Origin: Eledone cirrhosa
Taxonomy: Eukaryota
Reading direction: 5' to 3'
Length of the DNA stretch: 64,000 bases
NCBI GenBank assembly: GCA_964016885.1
Contig: OZ024742.1
Location: forward strand, 241,986,001-242,050,000
Shown: piece by piece, positions 14,464 through 28,719 of the stretch
How positions within the stretch are numbered: the stretch's first letter is position 1
Layout: every line of letters starts with the position of its first letter
The notes under the pieces: generated by a model
Database searches by the model: none
What the model was told of the DNA's origin: nothing
The model's input: only the letters and a program-made list of their open reading frames with translations
Made by a program: the position numbers and the translations under genes

Positions 14464-16249
14464 TAGCCCATACTGAAACGAAGCTTTCGAATAGGACTGA
14501 TGCACCTTCGATCTCATTATAGATAAATATACATCCATCCATAAACATATGAATCTGTATGCATGTGTATATAATTAATTTTGTATGATATATCTATATA
14601 CCGAAGATACGTGTCACAGTTACTATGAAATTGAAATAAATCCTTTTCGTTTTCATGACTATACTCATGTTAGTTAGTTATTGATGTTTGCGTCCTGTCC
14701 TTCCTCGTCTGTAAAATGTTCTTAGTGTCATTTCGTACATTGCCTTCAGCAAAACTACTTTTTTATGGCAATATTAAAATGCTTATTTTTTAGTTCCTCC
14801 AAACTTATAACTATCTTACAGGTATCTGCTAAAACTTCTCATATTCAATGATAACAATCCTTTCTTTAAGGGTATTTATTGAAGATGATTATCGTCTGGA
14901 AAGATTTTAATTCAAGCCTGGGGTTTAAATATTTGCAAACCAATATATAAATGATTATTTCACAATGAGGTTGGATTAAACTACTAAGACTATTATTTAT
15001 TTGAGATATCGAGTAAACTTTTATTTTTTATATTTCTACATGAAACATTTCAGAGAATGAAACATCAAACTTTAACATTTACCTGAAAATCACATGTTTT
15101 AAATTGCTTGATTTCCTGTCCTGACATCGTTTTTGGGATACCATTAAAAACAGAGTTTTAGAAAATGCATTGTTAAATGTGATGATATTTTGACGTTAGT
15201 GCTGATCGAAAATCTAAAATATAAACCCATAAATGTCATGCACTGTGTACAGACATTCTCTGTTGAATTTTATCGATCATTTGTACAATCTTTCAGTGTC
15301 AGTGTTTATAAATTGCATGATAACACGCTAACTTTGAATTAACTGGTATAAACAGACTTAGGAAATCCCAGATTTGTAAATGATTAACAAAAGCAGTAAC
15401 GACAAATTCAAGGACCATTACAACAACAGCAATAACAACTACAAGAAATATAGCGATGACAAGAACAATGAGACTGAAGGAATCACTATGCCTAAAATTA
15501 ACAGCTAAATATCCCCAAAAGTACACATTATAGTCTTGAAAATGAAAGAATACAATATATAATGTAGTCATGTGTAGAATATTTGTAGCAAAAAGTGTTA
15601 TGTGAGCATGGTTTCACATATTTTTATCATAGCCCACTTATGGTTAAACAACAAATCGATGAAGATAGCGGAGACAACGACGAAAAACTAAAGGAACCTT
15701 CCAAGAATGGAAATTGAAGGATATCAGTAAACATCGAAATAGACCAGACAACGGAATTAAATAAATTCATCAGAGCTATGCTCGTATTGTAATCAGAGCT
15801 GCATTGGATTAAAACAAGAGTAAAAAACAAAAAAACAAAAGCATTCCTAATAGAGAATTTGCAAACGGATAAGTAAATGTATGTTTAAGTATATTTTATT
15901 GTTTAGGGGTGAATCGGTAACGTGATATATATATTCAATAATACATTTTATACAACTCCAATGAATATGAGACGAGCATAGCGTGTGTTCGCATTTAAAA
16001 GGATGATCAATGTAAACATTACATTTGAACTAAAATAAATATTTCAAATAATTCTGACATCTGTCCGGAAATATTTTCTGTTGCACCATTTTGGGATTTA
16101 TAATATAGTCAAAATTACCTATCAATCTGTGTGGATGTTCTATTCTAGTTACATTTTGTAATAATGTATTCAGGAGATTTCTTCAGCATGTTTCAAAATA
16201 TTTTGATGAGAACGATAATGATGCTAGTTCTATTATTATGAGGACGATA

Positions 16250-16419
16250 GAATTGGCAGTATCGGTAGAGGGTCGGACACCATGCTTTCCAGCATAGTTA
16301 CGTGTCTTTACGGTCTGAGTTCAACTCCGGTCGAGGTTAACTTTGCCGTTCATCCATACGGGGGTCGATAAAATAAAGTACTAGTAATGTACTGGGTAAT
16401 TGCTGGCCTTGTGCCAAAC

Positions 16420-16420
<1 letters not shown>
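16250..16420 (+). mobile_element. SINE, full length, followed by (TAT)n
   Basis: attggcagtatcggtagag (A-box-like), gagttcaactcc (B-box-like), ggggtcgataaaataaagta, ggccttgtgccaaa. Confidence 0.85.
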
Positions 16421-16466
<46 letters not shown>

Positions 16467-16477
16467 GTTATTGTTAT

Positions 16478-19400
16478 TCCTTGAATCTCAGTCATTGATG
16501 TTGGTTAACTGGAAAGTCCGTTGGATTGAATATCAAGCCACTACCTGCAGCCTCAGATATTCAGGACGTATCGGAGGGTTCTTGCCGTTCCAAGCAAGAA
16601 TGCCTTTTGAAGCGTTCCAAAAAGCGTGAAGGGGCCGATTTTCTTTAACCATCCCTGGAAACCTTTGGAGATAGTCCCCAGTGCGCCTATGACAATCGGG
16701 ATCACTTTGACTTCATGGCAGTTCCAAATCCTTTTCACCTCCCACTTTAGGTCCTGGTATCGGTTAATTTTCTCCCTCTCCTTCTCTTGCACTCTCGTGT
16801 CGAACGGGCAGGCCACATCCACAATCAGGCACGATCTTTTTTCTTTGTCCACAACCACCAGGTCAGGTCTATTGTGTTCCAGTTTTTTGTCCGTCTGTAT
16901 CCTAAAATCCCACAGCACCTTCACCTGACTGTTCTCCATCACCGCCTCTGGCCTATGCTCATACCATTTCTCAGAATGTGGTAGATTGTTTACTTTGCAC
17001 AGGTGCCAGTGGATCACCCTGCCCATCACATCGTGTCTCCAGCCCTTATAGTGGGTCTGGGCTAGGTGTTTACACTCGGACACAATGTGAGCCACAGTCT
17101 CCTCTCTCTCTCTCCACAGATCCTGCACAGTGGGCTAGCCTCCTCCTTGTAGATATGGTGCTTCAACCACTTCGTTTTGAGGGCCTGCTCCTGCGCAGCC
17201 ATTAGCATTCCTTCTGTAGCCTTTTTGAGGTCTCCTCTTCTCAACCAGTTCCATGTCTGTGGATCTCTAAATTCAGTTTTCTCAAAGAAGGTACTATGAA
17301 GGGATTTTCCCTTAAGGCTGCTCTTCCTCCTTGATGTTATTTCCTCCTTGGGTATCCCCTGGCCTACTGTCCCCTCCTTCAGTACAGCTCTGAGCATTGG
17401 CTCCTTACTATAGGTCACGTATTTGTATAGGTTGTTTTTCTCCATCTGAACACAGTCCTCTATGCTGATAAGACCTCTTCCACCCTCAGATCTCCTTAGG
17501 TAGAGTCTATCGACATCACTCCTCTTGTGGAACATGTTGTAGATAGTCAATAGCTTCCTAGTCTTCCTATCCATTTCTTTCTGTTCAGCAACATTCCATC
17601 TCAGAATTCCCGCACTGTACCTAATAATAGACACAGCTCGGGAATTTACTGCGCTTATGGCATTTCTGCTGTTCAGATGTGACTTCAATACGCTCCTTAC
17701 TCTCCGAATGTATTCAGTTCTTAACAATTCCTTCATTTTTTTGTTCTTTATGCCATCAGCCTCCAGAATGCCCAAATACTTGTATCCTTCCTCAGAGTCA
17801 ATTTCCTTTATCATCTCACCTGTTGGTATCTGGATCCCGTTACTTCTGCTCAACCTACCCCTCCTCATCACAATGACTCCACATTTACCAATACCAAACT
17901 GCATACATATATCACTGCTGAAAATACGGACAGTGTCAACAAGCACATCCAACTCCTTCTCACTTTTCCCGAAGAGCTTAAGATCGTCCATGAAGAGGAG
18001 GTGATTGATGGTAAGCTCTCCCCTTCCCAACTTGTATCCTGCTCTCACTTTTCGCAGCATAATGGTCAAGGGCATCAGGGCAAGGACAAACAACAGAGGG
18101 GACAGGCTATCTCCCTGGAAGATACCTCTCTTGATCTTCACGCTTCCCAAGGATACTCCAGTTGATGTCAACTCTGTCTCCCAGGACCCCATACTCCTGC
18201 CCAGCAACTGTCTGATGTTATCTGCCACCCTGAAGATCTCCAGGCTTTTGGTGATCCAGGAATGAGGCACCATGTCAAATGCCTTTCTGTAGTCTATCTA
18301 TCCCATGGCAAGATCAGTGTGTCTCCTCCTGCAATTCCCCATTACCATCTTATCAATAAGCAACTGGTCCTTTGTACCACGTGACTTCTTTCGGCATCCT
18401 TTCTGTTCGTCCGGCAACAAGTTGTTTGTGTGGAGGTGATGGTAGATTTCCTCAGACACAATGCTCGTCAACAGTTTCCACATTACGGGCAGACATGTGA
18501 TAGGTCTATAGTTGGTAACATCATTACCCTTGATTCGGTCTTTCATTATCAGAACTGTGGTACCTTTTGTCAACCACTCTGGCACCTCACCCGACACCAA
18601 GCAGTCATTGAACATGGCCGTCAGCTTCGGGTGGAGGGATGTTAAATGTTTAATCCAATACCCCTGCACACCATCTGGGCCTGGTGATTTCCAGTTGGTT
18701 AGTTTTTTGGCTTGTCCCTTAAGAGTTTCAACTGTGATACTCAAATCAGTCTGTTGCTGTGCATGCTCACCGATCTCCCTCTGTATTGTCTCAATCCACC
18801 CTGCCTGGGCATTGTGTCTAACATCCTGCTCCCATATTCCTCTCCAGAATGTTTTAGCTTGTTCCGCCCCAGGGATCAAGTCGTTGCCTCTTTCTTTCCC
18901 CTCAAGCTGTCCAAACAGCATCTTCTGGTTGTTGTCGAACATGCGGTTCTGTTTATACTGACTGACTCTGTTCTCGTATCGCCTGATTTTGGCACTCTTT
19001 GCTACAATGCGTTGCTTCAATTCCTCTATGATAATATTTAGCTTTTTACTCCTAGTTTTGTATTTTATTTCCAGTCTATTTTTAGTGCCTATGTTTTTTA
19101 GTGTCCCATTCAGCAGTGACTCAAGCTTTCCTATGTCATTTCTCATTTCCCCGATTTGCCCACTCAGTCGCTTCTTCCACCACGGCTCTGCTCTTTCTTG
19201 TCTGTTGTTTCCTCTCGCTTTTATACCAAGTAGTTTCCTCACCGTATTTGCTGTTGCTTTGAGGATATTGTTGCACTGGTGAAGACTCCTCGCCTCAAGG
19301 TATGGGATGACTTTGTTTACCTTAGCTGTTGTTTCTTTTAACTTTTTCCTGTCTACAAATCTTAGGTTCATAGGTCTCCCACTATCATTGTTCAACTCAT

Positions 19401-20105
19401 CTACCACTAAATTTAGGATGTCAACCGAATCTTGTCCTAGCCCGTCAGCATTCATCTCCTCAGTGGCCGTATCTCTGTTCCAGGTATTATTTATCTCAGT
19501 ATTCAGATCATTGTCTGCTTCGGGTGGTTCCTCCGTTCTCAGGACCTCCTCACCTTCATTTCCCGCCGGCTCGCTTGTCTGGCATACTACACCCGCCATC
19601 TCCAAGCCATTCTCTCTGCTCAGTTCCTCCAGTTCCAGCTCGCTTATCCACCCATTAGTTCTTATTACCCGAGCCTGCCCGGCCAATTTTTGTTCATCTA
19701 ATTTAAATAAACCAATCTCGTTCCAGATGTTATGCATCCGTCTCCTGTAGCCCCTCTCCTTGGGGTTACTTTTCAGGTAGCATTGCATAACAGTTCTATT
19801 CAATTCTTTCGTCCAGTTGGTTCTGGCCCCTTTCCTTCTTCTTCTTCCTCCAACATCAGCAGTATTTGGTTGACAGTCAGGTTCCTGCTGCTGAGCCAGG
19901 GGGCACCTGTTGGGTGAGAGTCTGTCACATGACGTTCTAGTCTCCATTTCACCGTTATTCGAACTGTTTATGTTCGATATTTAAACACTCTTATCGAGGA
20001 TTGGCGAATGTATGTTTACATAGCCATCTGTGGATCCGCCATCCCACTTGGCCCTTGTGTGGCATTATCACCACGCTGTATACGGACACACATAAACAAA
20101 CAAAC
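16478..20105 (-). mobile_element. Near full-length R4/Dong-clade non-LTR retrotransposon (RT + CCHC + restriction-like endonuclease), copy 1
   Basis: Motifs SPGPDG, NYRPITCL, DYRKAFD, GIFQGDSLSPLLF, LFMDD, YKYLG, CRIC..ETVAHIVSEC, RHD, RPD, DVACP, EK..RY. The 3' end joins (TAA)n at 16421-16477. Confidence 0.92.
16553..19947 (-). pseudogene. Dong ORF of about 1130 codons with only two visible lesions
   Basis: TGG>TAG at 18298-18300 (AMG*IDYRKAFD, where the frame continues) and an (AG)n slip near 17101-17114 (CRICGERER/EETVAH). Confidence 0.85.
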
Positions 20106-20110
20106 ACACG

Positions 20111-20319
20111 GAAGGGGCCGATTTTCTTTAACCATCCCTGGAAACTTTTGGAGATAGTCCCCAGTGCGCCTATGACAATCGGGATCACTTTGACTTCATG
20201 GCAGTTTCAAATCCTTTTTACCTCCCACTTTAAGTCCTGGTACCGGTTAATTTTCTCCCTCTCCTTCTCTTGCACTCTCGTGTCGAATGGGCAGGCCACA
20301 TCCTCAATCAGGCACGATC

Positions 20320-20320
<1 letters not shown>
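20111..20320 (-). repeat. Duplicated Dong endonuclease fragment
   Basis: Nearly identical to 20556-20765 and shares copy-2 variants (KSFQG, IEDVAC). Followed by (TAT)n and a 22-bp Dong 3' stub at about 20361-20382. Confidence 0.8.
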
Positions 20321-20359
<39 letters not shown>

Positions 20360-20405
20360 GTTCTTTGAGTCTCAGTTATTGAATTATTATTATTATTATT
20401 ATTAT

Positions 20406-23400
20406 TCCTTGAATCTCAGTCATTGATGTTAGTTAACTGAAAAGTCCGTTGGAATGAATATCAAGCCACTACCTGCAGCCTCAGATATTCAGGACGTATC
20501 GGAGGGTTCTTGCTGTTCCCAGCAAGCATGCCTTTTGAAGCGTTCCAAAAAGCGTGAAGGGGCCGATTTTCTTTAACCATCCCTGGAAACTTTTGGAGAT
20601 AGTCCCCAGTGCGCCTATGACAATCGGGATCACTTTGACTTCATGGCAGTTCCAAATCCTTTTTACCTCCCACTTTAAGTCCTGGTATCGGTTAATTTTC
20701 TCCCTCTCCTTCTCTTGCACTCTCGTGTCGAATGGGCAGGCCACATCCTCAATCAGGCACGATCTTTTTTCTTTGTCCACAACCATCAGGTGTATTGTGT
20801 TCCAGTTTCTTGTCCGTCTGTATCCTAAAATCCCACAGCACCTTCACCTGATCGTTTTCTATCACCGACTCTGGCTTATGCTCATACCACTTCTCAGAAT
20901 GTGGTAAATTGTTTACTTTGCATATGTGCCAGTGGATCACCCTGCCCATCACATCATGTCTCCAGCCCTTATAGTGAGTCTGGGCTAGGTGTTTACACTC
21001 GGATACAATGTGAGCCACAGTCTCCCCTCTCTCTACACAGATCCTGCACAGTGGGCTAGCCTCCTCCTTGTAAATATGGTGTTTCAACCACTTCGTTTTG
21101 AGGGCCTGCTCTTGCGCAGCCATTAACATTCCTTCTGTAGCCTTTTTAAGGTCTCCTCTTTTCAATCAGTTCCATGTCTGTGGATCTCTCAATTCAGTTT
21201 TCACAAAGAAGGTACTATGAAGGGATTTTTCATGAAGGCTGCTCTTTCTCCTTGTTGTTATTTCCTCCTTGGACATCCCCTGGTCTATTGTCCTCTCCTT
21301 CAGTACATTTCTGAGCATTGGCTCCTGACTATCAGTCACGTATTTGTGTAGGTTGTTTTTCTCCATCTGAACACAGTCCTCTATTCTGATAAGACATCTT
21401 CCACCTTCAGATCTCCTTAAGTAGAGTATATCGACATCACTCCTCTTGTGGAACATGTTGTAGATAGTCAATAGCTTCCTAGTCTTCCTATCCATTTCTT
21501 TTTGTTCAGCAACATTCCATCTCAGAATTCCCGCACTGTACCTAATAATAGACACAGCTCGGGAATTTACTGCACTTATGGCATTCCTACTGTTCAGATG
21601 TGACTTTAATACGCTCCTTATTCTTCGAATGTATTCAGATCTTATCAATTCCTTCATTTTTTTTGTTCTTGATGTCATCAGCCTCCAGAACACCCACATA
21701 CTTGTATCCTTCTTCAGTGTCAATTTCCTTTATCATCTCACCTGTTGGGACCTGGATTCCGTTGCTTCTGCTCAATTTACCCCTCTTCATCACAAGGATT
21801 CCACACTAACTAATACCAAATTGCATACATATATCATTGCTGAAAATACGGACAGTGTCAACAAGCACATCCAACTCCTTCTCACTCTTCCCGAAGAGCT
21901 TAAGATCGTCCATGAAGTGGAGGTGATTGATGGTAAGCTCTCCCTTTCCCTACTTGTATCCTGCTCTCACTTTTCACAGTATAATGGTCAGGGGCATCAG
22001 GGCAAGGACAAACAACAGAGGGGACAGACTATCTCCCTGGAAGATACCTCTCTTGATCTTCACGCCTCCCAAGGATTCTTCAGCTGATGTTAACTCTGTT
22101 TTCCAGAATTTCATACTTTTGCCCAACAACTGTCTGATGTTATCTGCCACCTTGAAGATCTCTAGGCTTTTGGTGATCCAAGAATGAGGCACCATGTCAA
22201 ATGCCTTTTTATAGTATATCCATCCCATGACAAGACCAGTGTGTCTCCTCTTGCAATTCCTCATTACCATCTTATCAATAAGTAACTGGTCCTTTGTACC
22301 ACGGGACTTCTTTCGGCATCCTTTCTGTTCGTCCGGTAACAAGTTGTTTGTGTGGAGGTGATGGTAGATTTCCTCAGACATAATGCTTGTCAACAGTTTC
22401 CACATTATGGACAGACATGTGATAGGTCTATAGTTGGTAACATCATTACCCTTGATTCGGTCTTTCATTACCAGAACTGTGGTACCTTTAGTCAACCACT
22501 TTGGTACCTCACCTGACATCAAGCAGTCATTGAACATGATTGTCAGTTTCGGGTGGAGGGATGTTATATTTTTAATCCAATACCCCTGCACACCATATGG
22601 GCCTGGTGATTTACATTTGGTTAGTTTTTTGGCCTGCCCCTTAAGAGTTTCAACTGTGATACTCAAATCAGTTTGTTGGTGTGCCTGTTCACTAATCTCC
22701 TTTTGTACTGTTTCAATCCACACTGCCTGGTCATTGTGTTTAACATCCTGCTCCCATATTCCTCTCCAGAATGTCTTAGTTTGTTCCGCTTCAGGGATCA
22801 AGTCGTTGCCTCTTTCTTTCCCTTCAAGCTGTCCAAACAACATCTTCTGGTTGTTGTCAAACATGCGGTTCTGTCTATACTGACTGACTTTGCTCTCGTA
22901 TCGCCTAATTTTTGCACGCTTTGCTACAATGCGTTGCTTCAGTTCCTCTATGATAATATTTAGCTTTTTCCTCCTAGTTTTGTACTTTATTTCCAGTCTA
23001 TTTTTAGTGTCTATGTTTTTTAGTGTCCCATTCAGTAGAGACTCAAGCTTTCCAATGCCATTTCTCATTTCCCTGATTTGACCATTCAGTCGTTTCTTCC
23101 ACCAAGGCTCTGATCTTTCTTGTTTGTTGTTTCCTCTCGCATTTGCTGTTGCTTTGAGGATATTGTTGCACTGGTGAAGGCTCCTCGCCTCAAGGTATGG
23201 GATGATTTTGGTTACCTTAGCTGTTGTTTCTTTTAACTTTTTCCTGTCTACAAATCTTAGGTTCATAGGATTCCCACTATCATTGTTCAATTCATCTACC
23301 ACCAAGTTTAGGATATCAACCAAATCTTGTCCTAGCCCGTCAGCATTCATCTCGTCAATGGCCGTATCTTTGTTCCAGGTATTATTTATTTCAGCATTCA

Positions 23401-23518
23401 GATCATTGTCTGCTTCGGATGGTTCCTCCGTTCTCTCAATGTCTTCACCTTCATTTCCCACTGGCTCGTTTGCCTGGCATACTCCACTCTCCATTTCCAA
23501 CCTAATCTCTCTGCTCAG
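20406..23518 (-). mobile_element. Dong copy 2, 5'-truncated and more decayed
   Basis: ORFs 21974-23620, 21166-21723, 20749-21165 and 20481-20786 are collinear with copy 1, and it has the same 3' end (tccttgaatctcagtcattgatg) next to (TAT)n. Confidence 0.9.
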
Positions 23519-24132
23519 CCTGTTTGTTTTTCTTTTCATTTTTCTTTTCTTTACGTTTCTCGTTGTTGCTGTACTGCTTTTATTTGGATTTTTGGTTTTC
23601 TGATTTTTTGACCGGGTCATCAGATCAGTCTATTTATATCTTTTGATGCCTTGCTCTTTTAGTGGGGACACTACGATGCATGTCTTAGCAGGAGGTAGTG
23701 GGAAAGAATAGCGGCGGTAGCGATAATGAGGCAGTGGTGGTGGTGATGTGATCGTAGTACTGTAGTGATGGTGTTGAAATTGAAGTAAAAATAGAAGTTG
23801 AGGTAACTTGACTTGAGTTTTTAGCGTGGTAGTGGTGGTGGTGTTGGTGGTGAAATTATTTTTCTGTCTGTCCACTTAGCCATTTAGCTATTTAGCCATT
23901 TTGCCATTTTCCTCCTTTTCGACTATAACATTTCTGATCCAAAATTAAATATTAAATATTGGGGCCCTATGCCGTAAAGTGATGCGTTATGGCTTACTGA
24001 ACGTGAAAACTGTAATCTTATTGTTCATTTGTAATAAGAATTATTCTATCACAGTTGTTTTAAAGAAGTAAAAATCAAAAACTTACGGGAGCGATTCCAT
24101 AACGATATATTATTATTATGATTATTATTATT

Positions 24133-26165
24133 ACAGTTGCATTCATCTTGCTTTATGTTCATACGAGTTATCACCAAGTCACAACCAGTGACCTCAAGAG
24201 ACAAGAAGGTCCGCCATGTTCAAGAAAGAACATACATACTCACACATGCATCTTTAGGTGTTTAGACTTGTGATGTACTTATATTGACAGAATCTTCCTT
24301 AGTATATGGGCAGTTCCCATTAGTACTATCTTTTGTATTTCTCCTATACGCGGGTTTCCTGGGATTTGCGATAAGTAATCATTAGACCCCTTAGGTATCA
24401 TTCCTAGAGCGCCTACAACCACTGGTATTGTTTTATTTCTCAATTTCCACATTTTTCCAATTTCTATCTCCAGGTCCTTATACTTGCTAAATTTTTCAAA
24501 TGTTTTTATTGGAACGGACATATCAGTTAGCAGACATACCCTCTTTTTAAAGTCCTTCAATATTATATCAGGTCTATTTGCATCTATTTGTCGGTCTGTT
24601 TGGATGCTAAAGTTCCACAAGGTTGAGATGTGATCTTTTTCAAGTATGGGAGGTGGTTGATGCTCCCACCAATTCTTTTGATGGGGCAGGTCAAAATGCT
24701 TACACATTATCCAATGTATGTATTGTGCAGCTCTGTCATGCCTGTTTAGGTATTCGGTTGGAGCTATAGGACTGCACATTGAAATTATATTGTGAATAGT
24801 CTCTGGTTGTTTTTTACATACACGGCATAATGGGCTGCATCCATTTTTTATTATGTTGGCTTGGTAATTTTTTGTTGGCAGACACTGATCCTGTGCTGAT
24901 ATAATCAGTCCTTCAGTCTCCGATTTCAGTTCAGAGGATGCCAACCACTGATGGTTAAAGTTTTGTCAACATCAGGATTGTTAGCTCGTTGTGGGTATTT
25001 TCCATACAGAGGCTTTTCTTGCCATTTCTTAGCCAGTTTCTGTAGCAGTTCTTTCTTTGCAGTTACTTTTACATGCTCTGCTTTTTCTGTGTTTTCCATT
25101 TCAGCAGTAAATGGGACTTCTGAAATTTGTAGTCCATTACTGTATCTTTGTGCATCTTTTGTAATGGAGTATGATCTTTTGATGCTTTCGTGTTTCAAAA
25201 CGTGTTTGATCATCCAACATGTGATTCCCTTAGATATGTAGATAATCCAATTGTTGCAGTTTTCAACGCAATGTCTAAGTGGATTAACCCACGTCCTCCT
25301 TCTTTCCTAGGGAGATATATTCTATCTGTATCTGCCTTAGGGTGATGCATTCTGTGCATGGTTAAGAATTTTCGAATTTTTGTATCGAGCCTACGGATCT
25401 CTGTGCTTGACCAGTTGATGACATTGTAACTGTAGGTTACTACTGGTATGGCAAGGCGTGTTTATGGCATCGATCATATTCCTTGCATTCAATTCCGTTC
25501 TTAAGATTGCTTTTACTCTGCGGTAACATTCCTTCCTTATCCTTTCCCTCATTGTCGAGTGCTTGATTCCGTCTCCTTCACAAACACCTAGATACTTGTA
25601 AGTTTCCTCTTGTTCAAATTCTCTTATCACATTCCCCCGATCAAGATTAATGTCTGAACTTTTCAGCAGCTTTCCTCTGGTGAACGTTGCTTTGGGGAAT
25701 TTATCTAGTCCAAACTCCATTTTAATGTCATCACTGAACTGCTCCACAGTGGATAATAGCCCTTGCAATTGTTCAACATTTTTGCAAATAGTTTCAGGTC
25801 ATCCATGTAGAACAAGTGATTAATGGTTTTGTCATAGACTTTATATCCATGTTTTGTTTCATTGAGCATTTTACTTAATGGTATAAGTGCGATGCAGAAT
25901 AAAAGCGTTGATAAAGAGTCACCCAGAAAAATTCCACAATTAATATTAACTTCCCCAACTTCCAGTGATTTTGTTTCACTATTCAAAAGGAGTGTCGTTT
26001 TCCATGTCTTCATACTGAATGACAAAAACCTCCTGACAACGGGAGATATTTTGAAAATCTCTAAACATTTTTCAATCCAACTGTGTGGCAAACTATCGAA
26101 TGCTTTTTTATAATCTATCCAAGCAATTGATAGATTTTTGTGTCTATTATGACAATCTTCCAGTA
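24133..26165 (-). mobile_element. Dong/R4 copy 3, divergent subfamily, 5'-truncated
   Basis: WIDYKKAFD, GIFLGDSLS, YMDD, YKYLG, CRVC..ETIHNIISMC, RHD, RPD. The 3' end is next to (TAT)n at 24108-24132. Confidence 0.88.
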
Positions 26166-26189
26166 TTATTATTATTATTATTGCTATTA

Positions 26190-27650
26190 CTCTTTGAGTC
26201 TCTGTCATTGATGTTATTTAACTGGAAAGTTTGTTGAAATGAATATCAAGCCGCTACCTGCAACCTCAGACATTCAGGACGTATCGGAGGGTTCTTGCTG
26301 TTCCCAGCAAGCATGCCTTTTGAACTGTTCCAAAAAGCGGGGCTGCACAAATCTTATTTAACCAGCCTTGGAAACACTTTGAGATAGTACCTAGTACGCC
26401 TTAACTCCCACTTTAAATCCTGATATCGATTAATTTTCTCCCTCTCCCTTTCTTGCACTCTCGTGTTAAATGCGCAGGCTACATCTACAATCAGGCACGA
26501 TCTTTTTTCCTTGTCCAAAACCACCACGTCAGGTCTATTGTGTTCTAATTTTTGTCCGTCTGTATCCTAAAATCTCATAGCACCGTCACCTGATCCTTTT
26601 CTATCGCCGACTCTGGCTTATGCTCATACCACTTCTCAGAATGTGGTAAATTGTTTACTTTGCATAGATGCCAGTGGATCACCCTGCCCATCACATCATG
26701 TCTCCAGCCCTTATAGTGAGTCTGGGCTAGGTGTTTACACTGGGATACAACGTGAGCCCCAGTCTCCTCTCTCTCTCCACAGATCCTACACAGTGAGCTA
26801 GCCTCCTCCTTGTCAATATGGTGTTTCACCCACTTCGTTTTGAGGGCTTGCTCTTGCGCAGCCATTAGCATTCATTCTGTAGCTTTTTTAAGGTCTCCTC
26901 TTTTTAACCAGCTCCATGTCTGTGGACTCTAAATTCCGTTTTCTCAAGGAAGGTGCTATGAAGGGATTATTCATGGTCTATTGTCTTCTCCTTCAGTACA
27001 ATTTTGAGCATTGGTTCCCTACTGTCAGTCACATATTTGTGCAGGTTGTTTTTCTCCATCTGAACACAGTCCTCTATGCTAATAAGACCTCTTCCACCTT
27101 CAGATCGCTTTAAGTAGAGTCTATCAACATCACTCCTCTTGTGGAACATGTTGTAGATAGTCATTAGCCTCCTAGTCTTACTATCCATTTCTTTTTGTTC
27201 AGCAACATTCCATTCCAGAATTCCCGCACTGTACCTAATAATAGACACAGCTCGGGAATTTACTGCACTTATGACAATACTACTATTTAGATGTGATTTT
27301 AATACGTTCCTTACTCTCCTTATGTTTTCAGATCTTATCAATTCCTTTATTTTTTTTCTTGATGTCATCTGCCTCCAGACCACCTAAATATTTTTGTATC
27401 CCTCTTCAGTGTCAATTTCCTCTGTTATCTCACCTGTTGGTACATGGATTCCGTTGCTTTGGCTCAATTTACCCCTCTTCATCACTAAGACTTACTAATA
27501 CCAAATTCCATACATATATCATTGCTGAAAATACAGACAATGTCAACAAGTTCATCCAACTCCTTCTCACTCTTCCCAAAGAGTTTAAGATCGTCCATGA
27601 AGAGGAGGTGGTTGATGGTAAGCTCTCCTTTTCCAACTTGTACCCTGCAT
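26190..27650 (-). mobile_element. Dong copy 4 (copy 1/2 subfamily), 5'-truncated
   Basis: NHLLFMDDLKL through the REL domain, with 3' end ctttgagtctctgtcattgatg after (TAT)n. Confidence 0.88.
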
Positions 27651-27696
27651 TATTATCATCCTCATCATTGACCCCACAGGAATGTCAAATCGCAGT

Positions 27697-27905
27697 GAAT
27701 TGCCAATATCGGTAGAGAGTCGGACATTATGCTTTGCAGCATAGAGTTACGGTCCTTTACGGTCTGAATTTAAATCCCGCCGAGGTTAACTTTGCCTTTC
27801 ATCCTTACGGTGTCGATAACATAAAGTACTAGTAATGCACTGGGGTAGATTTAATCGACAATCCCTCTCCAGAATTGGTGGCCTTGTGCCTAAATCAGAA
27901 ACCAT
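27697..27905 (+). mobile_element. SINE
   Basis: attgccaatatcggtagag..aaatcccgccgaggttaactttgcctttcatccttacgg..ggccttgtgcctaaatcagaaaccatta. Confidence 0.85.
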
Positions 27906-28719
27906 TATTATTATCATTAACATCATCATAATCATCATCATCATCAGTGTTATCACCATCATAATCATAATCATCATCATCATTACTGTAATGATAGGGT
28001 GGATGAATAGAAGTATTTCTGGTGATGGTGATACTCACATCAAAAACTACAGATTATGATTACATATTTCGTCACTACTGTTTGTTCAAGGAGAGAAGAG
28101 AGGCACCTATTACTCTTTAAATTGTCAAGGCCTACGTAGTTGATGGAACGAAGGGTGTCTATTCTGAAATCAGAGACCTGGTTCGAATGATTGAGAGAGG
28201 GAACTTCTTTAAAATCATTCATAGATAAGTCGGTGGTGTCAAAGCCAGGTGACGCCTCAAGTTATCAACCAAGAACCCAAAAGACAAAGAGACGAATCAA
28301 GTACTATAATGCATCTCATTCTATGCTCAAACTACTCCGCTCAGTACTGGTTATATATTTTATCGAACCTGAAACGTCGAAAGGCAAAGTCGAGCCCACA
28401 AGAATGCCAATTCGCTGTGGAGAAATCCGGTACAATTAATATCAAATATTTTGTACTATGTTCTAAAAATTCTGATAATTGGCCCTGTATATCTTGATGA
28501 TTGTGTTAATTAATCGGTCTTAATCGATCAAATCTATAATCAAATGTATTCAACCCATATATATCTTTGGGGCATCTGTACCATTGACTACATTATTGTG
28601 TGAGCATTTTTTTTATTTGCTAAGGTGTGGTATTAGGGAGATCCAGCTGTTATTTCTAGCTCAGTGGTAGACCACATAGACGTTCCCTCGCTGGCTCGAT
28701 ATGGTCCGGGTGATAAATG

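Noticed and set aside
16626-23603. Plus-strand ORFs over the Dong elements
   Set aside because: Antisense shadows of the retrotransposon ORF.
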